From Alphaproteobacteria bacterium (GTDB lineage Bacteria > Pseudomonadota > Alphaproteobacteria > GCA-2731375), in assembly GCA_965232515.1 (NCBI GenBank), contig CBDDPY010000002.1, positions 6,976,001 through 7,040,000 of the forward strand: DNA of 64,000 nucleotides, written 5' to 3'. Made by a program: the position numbers and the translations under genes. Shown here piece after piece: positions 35,131-45,113 of this stretch (within the stretch, counting starts at the first letter, position 1; every line of letters begins with the position of its first letter). Under the pieces are notes generated by a model, which worked only from the letters and a program-made list of their open reading frames with translations, was not told the DNA's origin and ran no database searches.

Positions 35131-37065
35131 ATGACGACAAAGGAGGAAAACCCGTTTCGCCCCAAGCTCGGCCGCATTCGCTCGCAGGGTTCCGCCAAAA
35201 AGGCGAAGAGCTATCTCTCCCGCGTTGTCAGGTCGGCGTCGCGGGCCGGCGGCGGGATCTCCCGGACGGCGCGGCCCAGACGATCGGCGGGAGCGGCGCG
35301 CACCTTCTCTCGGCGCGTCGTCATCAAGGCGCGTTTCGTCAAGCTCGCCGGGAGTGGCGCCAAGGCCCAGGCGCTGCATCTGCGCTACATTCAACGGGAC
35401 GGCGTGACCCGCGAAGGTGAGAAAGGTCGGCTCTACAACGCCACCAGCGACGACGTGGACGGTGATGCGTTTCTCAAGCGCAATGAGACCGACCGCCATC
35501 AATTTCGTTTCATCGTATCGCCGGAGGACGGCGAGCAGCTCAATGACCTGAAGCCGTTCATCCGCGATCTCATGGACGCCGCGGAACGCGACCTCGGCAC
35601 TAAGCTCGATTGGGTCGCCGCCGATCATTTCAACACGGAGCACCCCCACACCCATATCGTGCTGTCGAGCAAGCGCGACGATGGACGCGACCTGGTAATC
35701 CCCCGCGACTATATCCGCCATGGCTTTCGCACACGGGCCGCCGAACTCCTGACCATCGAGCTCGGCCCCCAGACCGAATTGGAGATGCGCACCAGGCTGG
35801 CGGCGGAGGTCCGGCACGAACGCTTCACGAGGCTCGATCGGGATCTGGTCGCGACCGCGACGGACGAGACCATCGATCTTTCGACGGACGGCCCCACCCG
35901 TTGGCGCGAGCGGCTGCGCATGATGCGGCTTAAAAAACTGGAGGAGTTGGGGCTCGCCGAGAAGGCCGGCGCGCGGCGGTGGCGTCTGTCGTCCGAGCTG
36001 GAACCAACCTTACGGCGTATGGGCGAGCGCGGCGACATCATCAAGACCATGCACCGCGAGCTGGCGGCAAACGGAACTGAAAGGACGATCGGCGCCGATG
36101 CGATCTACGATCCGGGCGACCCCCGCGCCAAGCCCGTCGAAGGCCAGATCATCGCCAAGGGTCTTTCGGACGAACTCAACAGCCGCGCCTATGCGATCAT
36201 CGATGCAACAGACGGGCGCGCGGTCTATGTGGAGATCGGCGCGGTTTCCAAGTCGGAGGATTTGAAGCCCGGCATGTTGGTGCGCATTGAACCGCCCGAC
36301 ATTCGCCCCAAACCTTCCGATGTCACCATCGACGAGATCGCCCAAGCCAATGGCGGCCGGTACAGCCCGGCGCTGCATATGATCCACGATGACAAGGCGC
36401 GGCCGGAATTTGTCGAAGCCCATGTGCGCCGGCTGGAGGCGGTCCGCCGCGCAGGTCACGCGGAGCGTTTCGAAGACGGATCCTGGGCGGTGCCGCAGGA
36501 TTATCTCGACCGCGCCGTTCAGTACGAACGGGAACGCGCGAAGGATGCGCCCGTCAAGGCGCATGTCCTTTCGACGCTGACGATCGATGCGCAGGTGACC
36601 GCCGAGGGCGCGACCTGGCTCGACCGGAGACTGGCGAGCGATCTTGAAGCCGATTTGGCCGGCACGGGATTCGGCGCCGAAGCGCGCGGCGCCGCTCAAG
36701 CGCGCAAGCGGTTCCTGATGCGAACCGGCCGGATCACCAAGGATCAGGCGCATAAACGGCTCGCGCAGAAAGTCCTGCGGGAGCTGGAACGCAAGGATCT
36801 GGCCGACGCGGCGCGCACCTTGTCGAAGGAACTCGGCAAGCCCTACAGCGAGATCGCCGAACGCGGAACCGTCGATGGAACCTATCTGAGGCCGGTTGAT
36901 CGCGTGAGTGGGCGCTACGCCCTCATTGAGCGTTCGAAGGATTTTACGCTGGCACCCTGGCGCGACGTGCTCGAACGCAACCGCGGCAAGTTCGTTTCCG
37001 GAGTTATCCGCGGCGAGACGATCACTTGGATGTTGACGCGGCCGCGCGGGCGGAACCTCGGCTGA
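35131..37065 (+). CDS. rlxS: MOBP-type relaxase RlxS (VirD2-like + DUF3363)
   Basis: RRVVIKAR, HLRYIQRDG, FRFIVSPEDG, DHFNTEHPHTH, GATWLDR, FTL.PWR. Confidence 0.92.
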   Translation: MTTKEENPFRPKLGRIRSQGSAKKAKSYLSRVVRSASRAGGGISRTARPRRSAGAARTFSRRVVIKARFVKLAGSGAKAQALHLRYIQRDGVTREGEKGRLYNATSDDVDGDAFLKRNETDRHQFRFIVSPEDGEQLNDLKPFIRDLMDAAERDLGTKLDWVAADHFNTEHPHTHIVLSSKRDDGRDLVIPRDYIRHGFRTRAAELLTIELGPQTELEMRTRLAAEVRHERFTRLDRDLVATATDETIDLSTDGPTRWRERLRMMRLKKLEELGLAEKAGARRWRLSSELEPTLRRMGERGDIIKTMHRELAANGTERTIGADAIYDPGDPRAKPVEGQIIAKGLSDELNSRAYAIIDATDGRAVYVEIGAVSKSEDLKPGMLVRIEPPDIRPKPSDVTIDEIAQANGGRYSPALHMIHDDKARPEFVEAHVRRLEAVRRAGHAERFEDGSWAVPQDYLDRAVQYERERAKDAPVKAHVLSTLTIDAQVTAEGATWLDRRLASDLEADLAGTGFGAEARGAAQARKRFLMRTGRITKDQAHKRLAQKVLRELERKDLADAARTLSKELGKPYSEIAERGTVDGTYLRPVDRVSGRYALIERSKDFTLAPWRDVLERNRGKFVSGVIRGETITWMLTRPRGRNLG

Positions 37066-37086
37066 ATCATCATCGATGAAACTGAG

Positions 37087-38121
37087 CTAGCTTTGCCGGC
37101 GGCGCGCGAGCGCCGACTCGAAAAAGAAACCGACGGCGAATCCGAACAGGCCGGAGAAAACAAACAGGAGATACTCCTGCCACTTCGCCCAGACCGTATC
37201 CTGCAATACCGCATGGAGGCTCACCCAGTGACCGAGATTCGCGTCGTTGCCGAGCAGGCTTTCAAAAAGAAGAAATTCGTACCTCGGGCCGCGGTTCGTC
37301 GCGAGCACGTTGGTCGGTCCCGGAATGGATAAATTCTGAACGAGCCGGTAATCGGCCGGAATGGCCAGCGAAGCCCCGATGGAGACGGGTGCGTTCTCGC
37401 CCGGTGAAGGCGACGGCAGCAAAACGCTCATCGAAAAGGTCGAGATCGATACATCCTTCTGCTCCAGGATGTTGCCGAGTTCGAAGATCAGCACGCCCGC
37501 AAAACCATCCAGTTGATCGCCAGCTAGGTGAATGCGCCATCCCCAGCGGTTGGGGTCTTCGATGGCTTTCACCGGCTTGGCATCAAAGCCGCGCATGGGA
37601 TCGACATAAAACCAGAGCGGCGGCAAGGTTGCCGGATCGCCACCCCCAATGATGATTTGAGGGCTGAGCATCTCGATGTTCGAAAACAGCTCGACCTCGG
37701 AGCAGGCCGGAACGCTGCCGTCGCCCAGCGTATCGAGCAATTGAAACGCGAGCCGCATGTCGCTGCGGCCGGAAACGAGGTCTCGCGACCTGTGCTGATC
37801 GTCAGGGATCTGGATATGGACAACCGGGTCAATTCCATCCCGGCAACTCGCCCGTATGGAAAAATTGGCGAACTCGGGCGTTTTGTCGCCCGGCAGCCCC
37901 GCGATCCAGATAACCCCGAACAGCGGGAGGACCATCAGCATCACGCCGCCGATGATCCCAGCGTGCCCCCACAGCCAGCGGACGAGATTTGCGCAAACCG
38001 TCCGACAACCGTCGATCATTCTTCCGCCAAACCTGACGACATTCCTGAGCTGTCGGCGCAATCGCCAGGCCGCGACACGAAGGTGTCGTGCCAGTCTGGG
38101 TCTTGGTTTGCCAACGTTCAT
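37087..38121 (-). CDS. Hypothetical membrane protein, TM helices near both ends
   Basis: 344-aa ORF filling the rlxS-traG gap; hydrophobic segments near residues 50-75 and at the C-terminus. Confidence 0.6.
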   Translation of the reverse strand: MNVGKPRPRLARHLRVAAWRLRRQLRNVVRFGGRMIDGCRTVCANLVRWLWGHAGIIGGVMLMVLPLFGVIWIAGLPGDKTPEFANFSIRASCRDGIDPVVHIQIPDDQHRSRDLVSGRSDMRLAFQLLDTLGDGSVPACSEVELFSNIEMLSPQIIIGGGDPATLPPLWFYVDPMRGFDAKPVKAIEDPNRWGWRIHLAGDQLDGFAGVLIFELGNILEQKDVSISTFSMSVLLPSPSPGENAPVSIGASLAIPADYRLVQNLSIPGPTNVLATNRGPRYEFLLFESLLGNDANLGHWVSLHAVLQDTVWAKWQEYLLFVFSGLFGFAVGFFFESALARRRQS

Positions 38122-38235
38122 GCCACGAAACGCCTTTCAAGCGGCATAGCCCGATAGAAATCGAAACAAAAAACAATTCATCGAATATCACCGAAGACGC
38201 TCGCAAGTACAGCGGAAACCCCTCCAACGTCACTT

Positions 38236-38248
38236 TAAGTCATTGATA
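38236..38248 (-). promoter_or_regulatory. IHF consensus site upstream of traG
   Basis: Minus strand TATCAATGACTTA matches WATCAANNNNTTR exactly. Confidence 0.55.
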
Positions 38249-38306
38249 ACACTCTCTTTTCCGTCTTGACGGTTTTGCAATTCCGACCGCATCCTCGCCG
38301 GCAGAT

Positions 38307-38322
38307 TTAATCTCTTGTTAAC
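38307..38322 (+). promoter_or_regulatory. CtrA-box match
   Basis: TTAA-TCTCTTG-TTAAC = TTAA-N7-TTAAC, 13 bp before the traG ATG. Confidence 0.55.
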
Positions 38323-38335
38323 CGGATAGGTTGCG

Positions 38336-40372
38336 ATGACGCCCACCAAGATTCTGATCGGCCAAATTTGCATCGTCTTCGCTGTCGTCATTGCGGCGGT
38401 GTGGCTGGCGACGCAGTGGGCGGCCGGTCAGTTCGGGCACGATCCGGCCCTGGGCGCGCCGTGGTTCCGCATCGCAGGTCTGAATGTCTATTACCCCTGG
38501 CGGCTCTTCGAATGGTGGTATGCGTATGAAGCTTACGCCCCCGGCGTCTTCAACCGGGCCGGCGCCATCGCAGCCGGCGGCGGCTTTCTCGGCGCCGCCG
38601 TCGCCATCGCCGGTTCGGTGTGGCGCGCGCGGCAGTCCCGGAACGTAACGACCTATGGCTCCTCCCGCTGGGCGAAGCCGAAAGAGATCGCTAGCGCCAA
38701 GCTGTTCGAGCCAGCCGGTGTTTTCCTAGGGCGTCTCAAAGACCGCTACCTGCGCCATGACGGCCCAGAGCATGTGATCGCCTTCGCACCGACGCGCTCA
38801 GGTAAAGGCGTCGGCCTCGTCATTCCGACCTTGCTGTCGTGGCCGCACTCGGCAGTGATCCACGACATCAAGGGCGAGAACTGGACGCTTACAGCGAACT
38901 GGCGTTCAAGTTTCTCACACTGCTTGTTGTTCGATCCGACCAATCCTCTAAGCGCCAAATACAATCCGCTGCTCGAAGTGCGCAAAGGACCGCACGAGGT
39001 CCGCGACGTTCAGAACATCGCCGACATCCTGGTCGATCCGGAGGGCGCGCTCGAACGCCGAAATCACTGGGAAAAAACCAGCCACGCGCTTCTCGTCGGC
39101 GTGATCCTCCATGTTCTCTATGCGGAGGAAGAAAAGACGTTGGCGCGCGTCGCCACGTTCCTTTCCGATCCGGGCCGATCCTTCGAGCGCACGCTCTGGA
39201 TCATGATGACCACCAACCATCTGGGCGACGAGGCCACCCCAAGCGTCCATCCCGTCGTCGCGAGCGCCGCACGCGAGCTTCTGAACAAATCGGAGAACGA
39301 ACGGTCGGGCGTCCTGTCCACCGCCATGTCGTTCCTCGGGCTTTACCGCGATCCGACCGTGGCGCGCGTTACATCGGCTTGTGACTGGCGCATCGCCGAT
39401 CTTGTGGACGCGGCCCGTCCGGTATCGCTCTATCTCGTTATTCCGCCTTCGGACATATCGCGCACCAAGCCGCTGGTGCGCCTGATCCTCAACCAGATCG
39501 GCCGGCGACTGACCGAGAAACTCGAAGGCGATCATACGCTCGCGGGCCGCCGGCGGCTGTTGTTCATGCTGGACGAGTTTCCCGCGCTCGGACGGCTCGA
39601 TTTCTTCGAAAGCGCGCTCGCCTTCATGGCGGGCTACGGTGTGCGCTCCTATTTGATCGCGCAGTCCCTCAATCAGATCGAAAAGGCCTACGGCGCCAAC
39701 AACTCGATCCTCGACAACTGCCATGTGCGGATCGCGTTTGCGTCAAACGACGAACGCACGGCAAAGCGCATCAGCGACATGCTGGGCGCGACGACCGAGC
39801 TGCGCGCCATGCGCAACTATGCGGGCCACCGTCTCGCGCCGTGGCTTGCGCATGTGATGGTGTCGCGGCAGGAAACCCAGCGTCAGCTTCTCACCCCCGG
39901 CGAGGTGATGCAGCTTCCGCCCGACGATGAGCTGGTGCTGGTCTCCGGCATGGCGCCGATCCGCGCCACCAAGTTGCGTTACTTCGAGGACCGGAATTTC
40001 ACCGAGCGCCTTGGCGACGCGCCGGCTCTCTCCGAGAACGCCTACGAGGACTGCCCACCGGCGCGGGGAGACGATTGGGGCGGCCATGTGCGCGACGTCC
40101 ATGAGGAACTCGCGCGTCCGTGGTTCGAACTCGTCTCGGGCGGCGAGGACGAGGGAGGCTTGCGCAAGCAGCTGGAACTCGATCCTCAAGGCGAGGACCA
40201 GCCTCAAAAAACACCGGATACGGAGGAACGGCCTCGAGACGACGATGCGCCCGATATCGCCGCCAGGCGCATGGCGGAGATGGGCCGTCGGTCGGACGTC
40301 TTGCGCCGTGCTCACGGAATCAACCTCGGCGCCAATCCGGGCGACGACCAAGACATCCTGAAAGGCTTCTGA
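38336..40372 (+). CDS. traG: Type IV coupling protein TraG/VirD4
   Basis: APTRSGKGVG, HDIKGEN, LDEFPALG, IAQSLNQI. Confidence 0.95.
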   Translation: MTPTKILIGQICIVFAVVIAAVWLATQWAAGQFGHDPALGAPWFRIAGLNVYYPWRLFEWWYAYEAYAPGVFNRAGAIAAGGGFLGAAVAIAGSVWRARQSRNVTTYGSSRWAKPKEIASAKLFEPAGVFLGRLKDRYLRHDGPEHVIAFAPTRSGKGVGLVIPTLLSWPHSAVIHDIKGENWTLTANWRSSFSHCLLFDPTNPLSAKYNPLLEVRKGPHEVRDVQNIADILVDPEGALERRNHWEKTSHALLVGVILHVLYAEEEKTLARVATFLSDPGRSFERTLWIMMTTNHLGDEATPSVHPVVASAARELLNKSENERSGVLSTAMSFLGLYRDPTVARVTSACDWRIADLVDAARPVSLYLVIPPSDISRTKPLVRLILNQIGRRLTEKLEGDHTLAGRRRLLFMLDEFPALGRLDFFESALAFMAGYGVRSYLIAQSLNQIEKAYGANNSILDNCHVRIAFASNDERTAKRISDMLGATTELRAMRNYAGHRLAPWLAHVMVSRQETQRQLLTPGEVMQLPPDDELVLVSGMAPIRATKLRYFEDRNFTERLGDAPALSENAYEDCPPARGDDWGGHVRDVHEELARPWFELVSGGEDEGGLRKQLELDPQGEDQPQKTPDTEERPRDDDAPDIAARRMAEMGRRSDVLRRAHGINLGANPGDDQDILKGF

Positions 40373-40373
40373 C

Positions 40374-40850
40374 ATGGCTGCGTCACGCAAACCCAGGATC
40401 AACACGCATGTTTCGCACGAGCTCCATGCCCGCTTGATGGCGGCGTCAAAACGCCCCGGTCTCACCCAGACGGAGATCGTCGAGGCGGCGCTGGCGGCGT
40501 TTCTGTCCCCCGAACGCGACGACCAGCGCGACGCCGCGATCATTCGCCGTCTGGACCGTATGACCCGACAGTTCGGGCGCATGGAGCGGGACCAATTGAT
40601 CCTGGCCGAGACCATGGCGCTGTTCATCCGCCTGTTCCTGACACTGACGCCGCCGGTGCCGGAAGCGGACAAGGACGCGGCTCGGGCCACGGGCAAGGAG
40701 CGTTTCGATTACTTCATCGATCAACTCGGTCGCCAGTTCGCCAGTGGACGCCGGGTTCTCGAAGAAGCGCTTGAGGAATTCACCGCCGAGACCGACGACT
40801 TCTTCTCGCTGCGGGATCTCGAAGAAAAGCGGGAGAACGGCCATGCTTGA
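40374..40850 (+). CDS. CopG/RHH-like protein conserved between traG and trbB
   Basis: IVEAALAAFLSP, RRLDR, E..ALFIR.FLT.TPP.P. Confidence 0.8.
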   Translation: MAASRKPRINTHVSHELHARLMAASKRPGLTQTEIVEAALAAFLSPERDDQRDAAIIRRLDRMTRQFGRMERDQLILAETMALFIRLFLTLTPPVPEADKDAARATGKERFDYFIDQLGRQFASGRRVLEEALEEFTAETDDFFSLRDLEEKRENGHA

Positions 40851-41817
40851 CCGCTTGAGCCCCGAAACCCGGTCCCGCCAGCGGGCCATGCTGAAAACGG
40901 CCATGGGGCCGGTGATCGGCGCGGCCTTGGAAGATCCCGCCGTCATTGAAGTGATGGTCAATCCCGACGGGTGTCTGTGGCTCGACCGGCACGGCGACGG
41001 CCGGGTCGCCACGGGCGATGTGATTGCACCCCAGGAAACGGAACGGGTAATCCGGCTCGTCGCCAGTCACATCCGCCAGGAATGCGACGCCCAGCGGCCG
41101 ATCGTCAGCGCAGAGCTGCCCGAAACGGGCGAACGCTTCGAAGGCGTCTTGCCGCCGGTCGCGACGGCTCCATGCTTCTCCATCCGTAAATCGGCCGGCC
41201 GCGTTTTCTCCCTGCAGGACTATGTGGACGCGCGGGTGATGACGGCGCATCAGGCCGCGATCCTCCGCAAGGCCGTCCGGGAACGGAAGAACCTGCTCAT
41301 CGTCGGCGGCACCTCATCGGGAAAGACCACGCTCGCAAATACGCTGCTCGGAGAGATCGCCGAGAGTGGTGACCGCATCATCATCATCGAAGATACACGC
41401 GAGCTTGTCTGCCATGGCGATGACGCCGTCGCGCTGAGAACCAAGCCGGGCGTCGTCACGCTCGCCGACCTGGTTCGCTCCACCATGCGTCTTCGGCCCG
41501 ACCGCATCATCGTTGGTGAAGTGCGCGGCGCCGAAGCCCTTGAGATGCTGAAAAGCTGGAACACCGGTCATCCGGGCGGCATCGCCACGCTCCACGCCAA
41601 TTCGGCGCGCGCGGGCCTTTATCGCCTGGAGCAGCTCATTCAAGAGGCCGTCGTCACGGTGCCGCGCGACCTGATCGCCGAGGCGATCGACGTGGTCGTG
41701 TTCATTCAAGGCCGAAATGCAGGACGCCGTGTCGAGGCCATTGCCTCAGTCGAAGGATTGGAAAGCGGTGACTACGCCTTGCGTGAAGAGGCGGCCGCCA
41801 AACTCGACGCCGCGTGA
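40843..41817 (+). CDS. trbB: P-type conjugative ATPase TrbB
   Basis: EVMVNPDG, SAELPETGERFEG, GGTSSGKTT, RLRPDRIIVGEVRG. Confidence 0.95.
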   Translation: MLDRLSPETRSRQRAMLKTAMGPVIGAALEDPAVIEVMVNPDGCLWLDRHGDGRVATGDVIAPQETERVIRLVASHIRQECDAQRPIVSAELPETGERFEGVLPPVATAPCFSIRKSAGRVFSLQDYVDARVMTAHQAAILRKAVRERKNLLIVGGTSSGKTTLANTLLGEIAESGDRIIIIEDTRELVCHGDDAVALRTKPGVVTLADLVRSTMRLRPDRIIVGEVRGAEALEMLKSWNTGHPGGIATLHANSARAGLYRLEQLIQEAVVTVPRDLIAEAIDVVVFIQGRNAGRRVEAIASVEGLESGDYALREEAAAKLDAA

Positions 41818-41835
41818 TTATTGGAGGAGACCACC

Positions 41836-42144
41836 ATGACCAAACACTTTCTTCGACTGAACCTCGTCTTGATCCTGATCTTCTATGCCGGCACGGCACA
41901 TGCGGCGGGCTCGGGCATGCCCTGGGAGGCGCCGCTACAGCAGATCCTCGACTCCATCGAAGGGCCGGTGGCGCGGATCGTTGCCGTGATCATCATCATC
42001 ATCACCGGTCTGACCCTCGCATTCGGAGGGACCGATGGCGGCTTTCGCCGTCTCGTGCAGATCGTGTTCGGGCTCTCCATCGCCTTCGCCGCGACGTCGT
42101 TCTTTCTGGCGTTCTTCTCGTTCGGCGGCGGCGCGGTGATTTGA
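41836..42144 (+). CDS. trbC: TrbC/VirB2 pilin
   Basis: GMPWEAPLQQILDSIEGPVA, QIVFGLSIAFAA; GGAG RBS. Confidence 0.92.
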   Translation: MTKHFLRLNLVLILIFYAGTAHAAGSGMPWEAPLQQILDSIEGPVARIVAVIIIIITGLTLAFGGTDGGFRRLVQIVFGLSIAFAATSFFLAFFSFGGGAVI

Positions 42145-42157
42145 GGGTGACGGCGAT

Positions 42158-42424
42158 ATGATCCCACAGGCTCCAGAAGGCTACGCCATACCGCTTCACC
42201 GCTCGCTGACCGAGCCCATCCTGATGGCGGGCGCGCCGCGCGCAGTCACGATCCTCAACGGCACGATCGCCGCGGCACTCGGCCTCGGTCTCCAGCTCTG
42301 GCTCGCCGGCATCGTCTTTTGGTTTGTGGCGCACTCAGCCTGTGTCTATGCGGCCAAGAAGGACCCCAAGTTCATGGAGGTCCTTATCCGGCACATCCGC
42401 CACAAGCCATTCCTGGCGTCATGA
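42158..42424 (+). CDS. trbD: TrbD/VirB3
   Basis: PLHRSLTEPILMAGAPR, AKKDP.F. Confidence 0.92.
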   Translation: MIPQAPEGYAIPLHRSLTEPILMAGAPRAVTILNGTIAAALGLGLQLWLAGIVFWFVAHSACVYAAKKDPKFMEVLIRHIRHKPFLAS

Positions 42425-42660
42425 GGCGCGCCATGGATCTGATACTCCGACTTCGTACTTTCTCAGCCCAACGCAAAGGCGCATTCGACGGCAACGAAGC
42501 TTCCGATATTGCCTGGGAGGCAGCCCGCGAAATCGAGCGGCTGCGCGAAGCAAACCAGATCATGCAAGAGACGCTCGAAGCCTACGGCATGGCTCAGGCG
42601 ATCAGTCGGCCGCAAACGGACAGAACTCGGTTCAGCGAACGGGAGGGAAGCCCATGCTGA
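42421..42660 (+). CDS. Small extra ORF inserted between trbD and trbE
   Basis: ATG overlaps the trbD TGA; stop overlaps the trbE start; contains EAAREIERLR. Confidence 0.6.
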   Translation: MRRAMDLILRLRTFSAQRKGAFDGNEASDIAWEAAREIERLREANQIMQETLEAYGMAQAISRPQTDRTRFSEREGSPC

Positions 42661-45113
42661 ATCTGTCCGAGTACCGCACAAAACCCGCCATGCTCGCCGA
42701 CTACTTGCCCTGGGCAGCGTTGGCGGCGCCAGGTGTGGTTCTGAACAAGGATGGCAGTTTCCAGCGCACCATCATGTATCGGGGGCCGGACCTGGAATCC
42801 TCGACGCCCGAGGAGCTGGTCGCCATTTGCGCCCGCCTTAACAATGTCCTGCGGCGGTTTGGCTCCTACTGGGCGCTGTTCTTTGAAGCCGAACGCAAAC
42901 CTGCGCTCGATTATCCAAAAACCGAATGGCGCGACCCGGTGGCCTGGCTCGTGGACGAGGAACGCCGAGGCGCGTTCGAAGAAATCGGCTCGCATTTCGA
43001 GAGCGCCTATTACCTGACGCTGGTCTATCTGCCGCCGGCCGATACGACGGCACGCGCCGAAAAGCTGCTTCTCGAAACCCCGCCGGAAAACCGAAGTCTA
43101 TCCTACAAGGACTATCTCGATAGTTTCATCGTCGAGACAGACCGCGCCATCGACCTTCTAACGGCCGTCATGCCCGAGGTGCGCGCCCTCGACGACGGCG
43201 AAACGCTGACTTACCTGCACGCGACCATCTCACCCAAACGGCATCCCGTTCGCCCACCCGAAACACCTGTCTATCTCGACGCGGTCCTGACGGATTCAAG
43301 TCTTGTCGGAGGCCTCGACCCCACGCTTGGGGAGAACGCACTACGCACTCTGACGATCCAAGGCTATCCGAACATGACCGAGCCGGGACTGCTCGATGAT
43401 CTCAATCATCTCGGCTTCGAATATCGCTGGACCACGCGCTTTCTGCCGCTCGACAAACCCGAAGCCAACCGCGTTCTTTCCCGATACCGCCGCCAATGGT
43501 TCGCCAAGCGCAAGTCGATCGGAGCCATTCTCAAGGAGATTCTGTTCAATCAGGAAAGCGTCCTTGTCGACACCGACGCCGACAATAAGACGGCGGACGC
43601 CGACGAGGCGTTGCAAGAGCTGGGTTCGGACGACGTCTCCTACGGCTACGTGACGACTACCGTCACGGTCATGGACCGCGACCCACGCATCGCGGACGAA
43701 AGAGCCCGCGCCGTCGAACGGGTCATCAATGGCCGCGGCTTCGCGACAATCCGCGAGTCGATCAACGCGGTTGACGCCTGGCTTGGAAGCTTGCCGGGCC
43801 ATTGCTACGCGAACGTTCGCCAGCCCTTAGTCCATACGCTGAACCTAGCGCATATGATCCCGATGTCGTCGGTGTGGGCGGGGCCGGAACGCAACGAACA
43901 TTTGGACGGACCGCCGTTGCTCTACGCGACGACGCAAGGCTACACGCCGTTCCGTCTTGTGCCTCACATGGGCGACGTCGGCCACACCCTCATTGTCGGA
44001 CCGACGGGCGCTGGCAAGTCAGTGCTTCTGTCGTTAATGGCGCTGCAATTCCGCCGTTACCCGGAGGCACAAGTTTACATTTTCGACAAGGGCGGCTCGG
44101 CGCGCTGCGCCGTCGCAGGACTTGGAGGAGATTTCTATGACCTCGGCGCGGATGCAAGCCTCGGGTTCCAGCCTCTAAAGACGATCGATCAGGCGCCCCA
44201 ACGGTCATGGGCGCTGGAATGGATCACAGCGCTCATTGCTCATGAACAGGTCACGATCACGCCGGAAGTGAAGGATGCGGTCTGGTCCGCCCTCAACAAT
44301 TTGGCGGCGGCCCCGCTCCAGGAGCGGACGCTCACCGGGCTCTCGGTGCTCATCCAGTCGAACTCTCTTCGACAGGCCCTCCAGCCTTACACCCTAGATG
44401 GCCCGTACGGACGGCTGTTGGACGCCGCGGAAGACCGGCTCAAGCTCGCCGACGTCCAGTGCTTCGAAATGGAAGAACTGATGCACGAAGAAGGCCTCGT
44501 TCTTCCTGTCCTCACCTATCTGTTTCACCGGCTGGAGGCGCGGTTCGACGGACGGCCGAGCGTGCTCGTCTTGGACGAGGCATGGGTGTTCCTCGACAAT
44601 CCGTTGTTCTCCGGCCGCATCCGGGAATGGCTGAAGACACTCCGTAAGCGGAACGTATCGGTGGTCTTCTCCACCCAGTCTCTGGCCGATATCGCGACCA
44701 GCGACATTGCCGCCGCCATTATCGAAAGCTGCCCAAGCCGTATCTTCCTGCCCAACGCAGCCGCCATCGAACCGCAATCTCGAACGATCTACGAAGCGTT
44801 CGGACTAAACGCGCGCCAAATCGAAATCATCGCGCACGCCACGCCCAAGCGCGACTACTACTTCCAGTCTCGCCAAGGCAACCGGCTGTTCGATCTGGGT
44901 CTAGGCCCCGTCGGGCTGGCCTTCTGCGGCGCCTCCTCAAAGCAGGATCAGACGCGCATCAGCCAGCTTCTCAAGGAACACGGCCCGCTGGAGTTTGCGC
45001 GTGCGCATCTGCGCGAGCGGGGGATCGATTGGGCGGCCGAACTAATAGCCGCCAATGCAGACGGCTACACCAAAGAAGGAGAAACGTCATGCGTCGCAAG
45101 ATCTACGCTTTAA
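42654..45113 (+). CDS. trbE: TrbE/VirB4 ATPase
   Basis: MLNLSEYR..LADYLPW, NKDGSFQ, GPTGAGKS, LDEAW; GGAGG RBS. Confidence 0.95.
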   Translation: MLNLSEYRTKPAMLADYLPWAALAAPGVVLNKDGSFQRTIMYRGPDLESSTPEELVAICARLNNVLRRFGSYWALFFEAERKPALDYPKTEWRDPVAWLVDEERRGAFEEIGSHFESAYYLTLVYLPPADTTARAEKLLLETPPENRSLSYKDYLDSFIVETDRAIDLLTAVMPEVRALDDGETLTYLHATISPKRHPVRPPETPVYLDAVLTDSSLVGGLDPTLGENALRTLTIQGYPNMTEPGLLDDLNHLGFEYRWTTRFLPLDKPEANRVLSRYRRQWFAKRKSIGAILKEILFNQESVLVDTDADNKTADADEALQELGSDDVSYGYVTTTVTVMDRDPRIADERARAVERVINGRGFATIRESINAVDAWLGSLPGHCYANVRQPLVHTLNLAHMIPMSSVWAGPERNEHLDGPPLLYATTQGYTPFRLVPHMGDVGHTLIVGPTGAGKSVLLSLMALQFRRYPEAQVYIFDKGGSARCAVAGLGGDFYDLGADASLGFQPLKTIDQAPQRSWALEWITALIAHEQVTITPEVKDAVWSALNNLAAAPLQERTLTGLSVLIQSNSLRQALQPYTLDGPYGRLLDAAEDRLKLADVQCFEMEELMHEEGLVLPVLTYLFHRLEARFDGRPSVLVLDEAWVFLDNPLFSGRIREWLKTLRKRNVSVVFSTQSLADIATSDIAAAIIESCPSRIFLPNAAAIEPQSRTIYEAFGLNARQIEIIAHATPKRDYYFQSRQGNRLFDLGLGPVGLAFCGASSKQDQTRISQLLKEHGPLEFARAHLRERGIDWAAELIAANADGYTKEGETSCVARSTL

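Noticed and set aside
42324-42653. N-terminal extension of TrbE or a TrbD-TrbE fusion
   Set aside because: Overlaps trbD out of frame; conserved TrbE begins MLNLSEYR at 42654.
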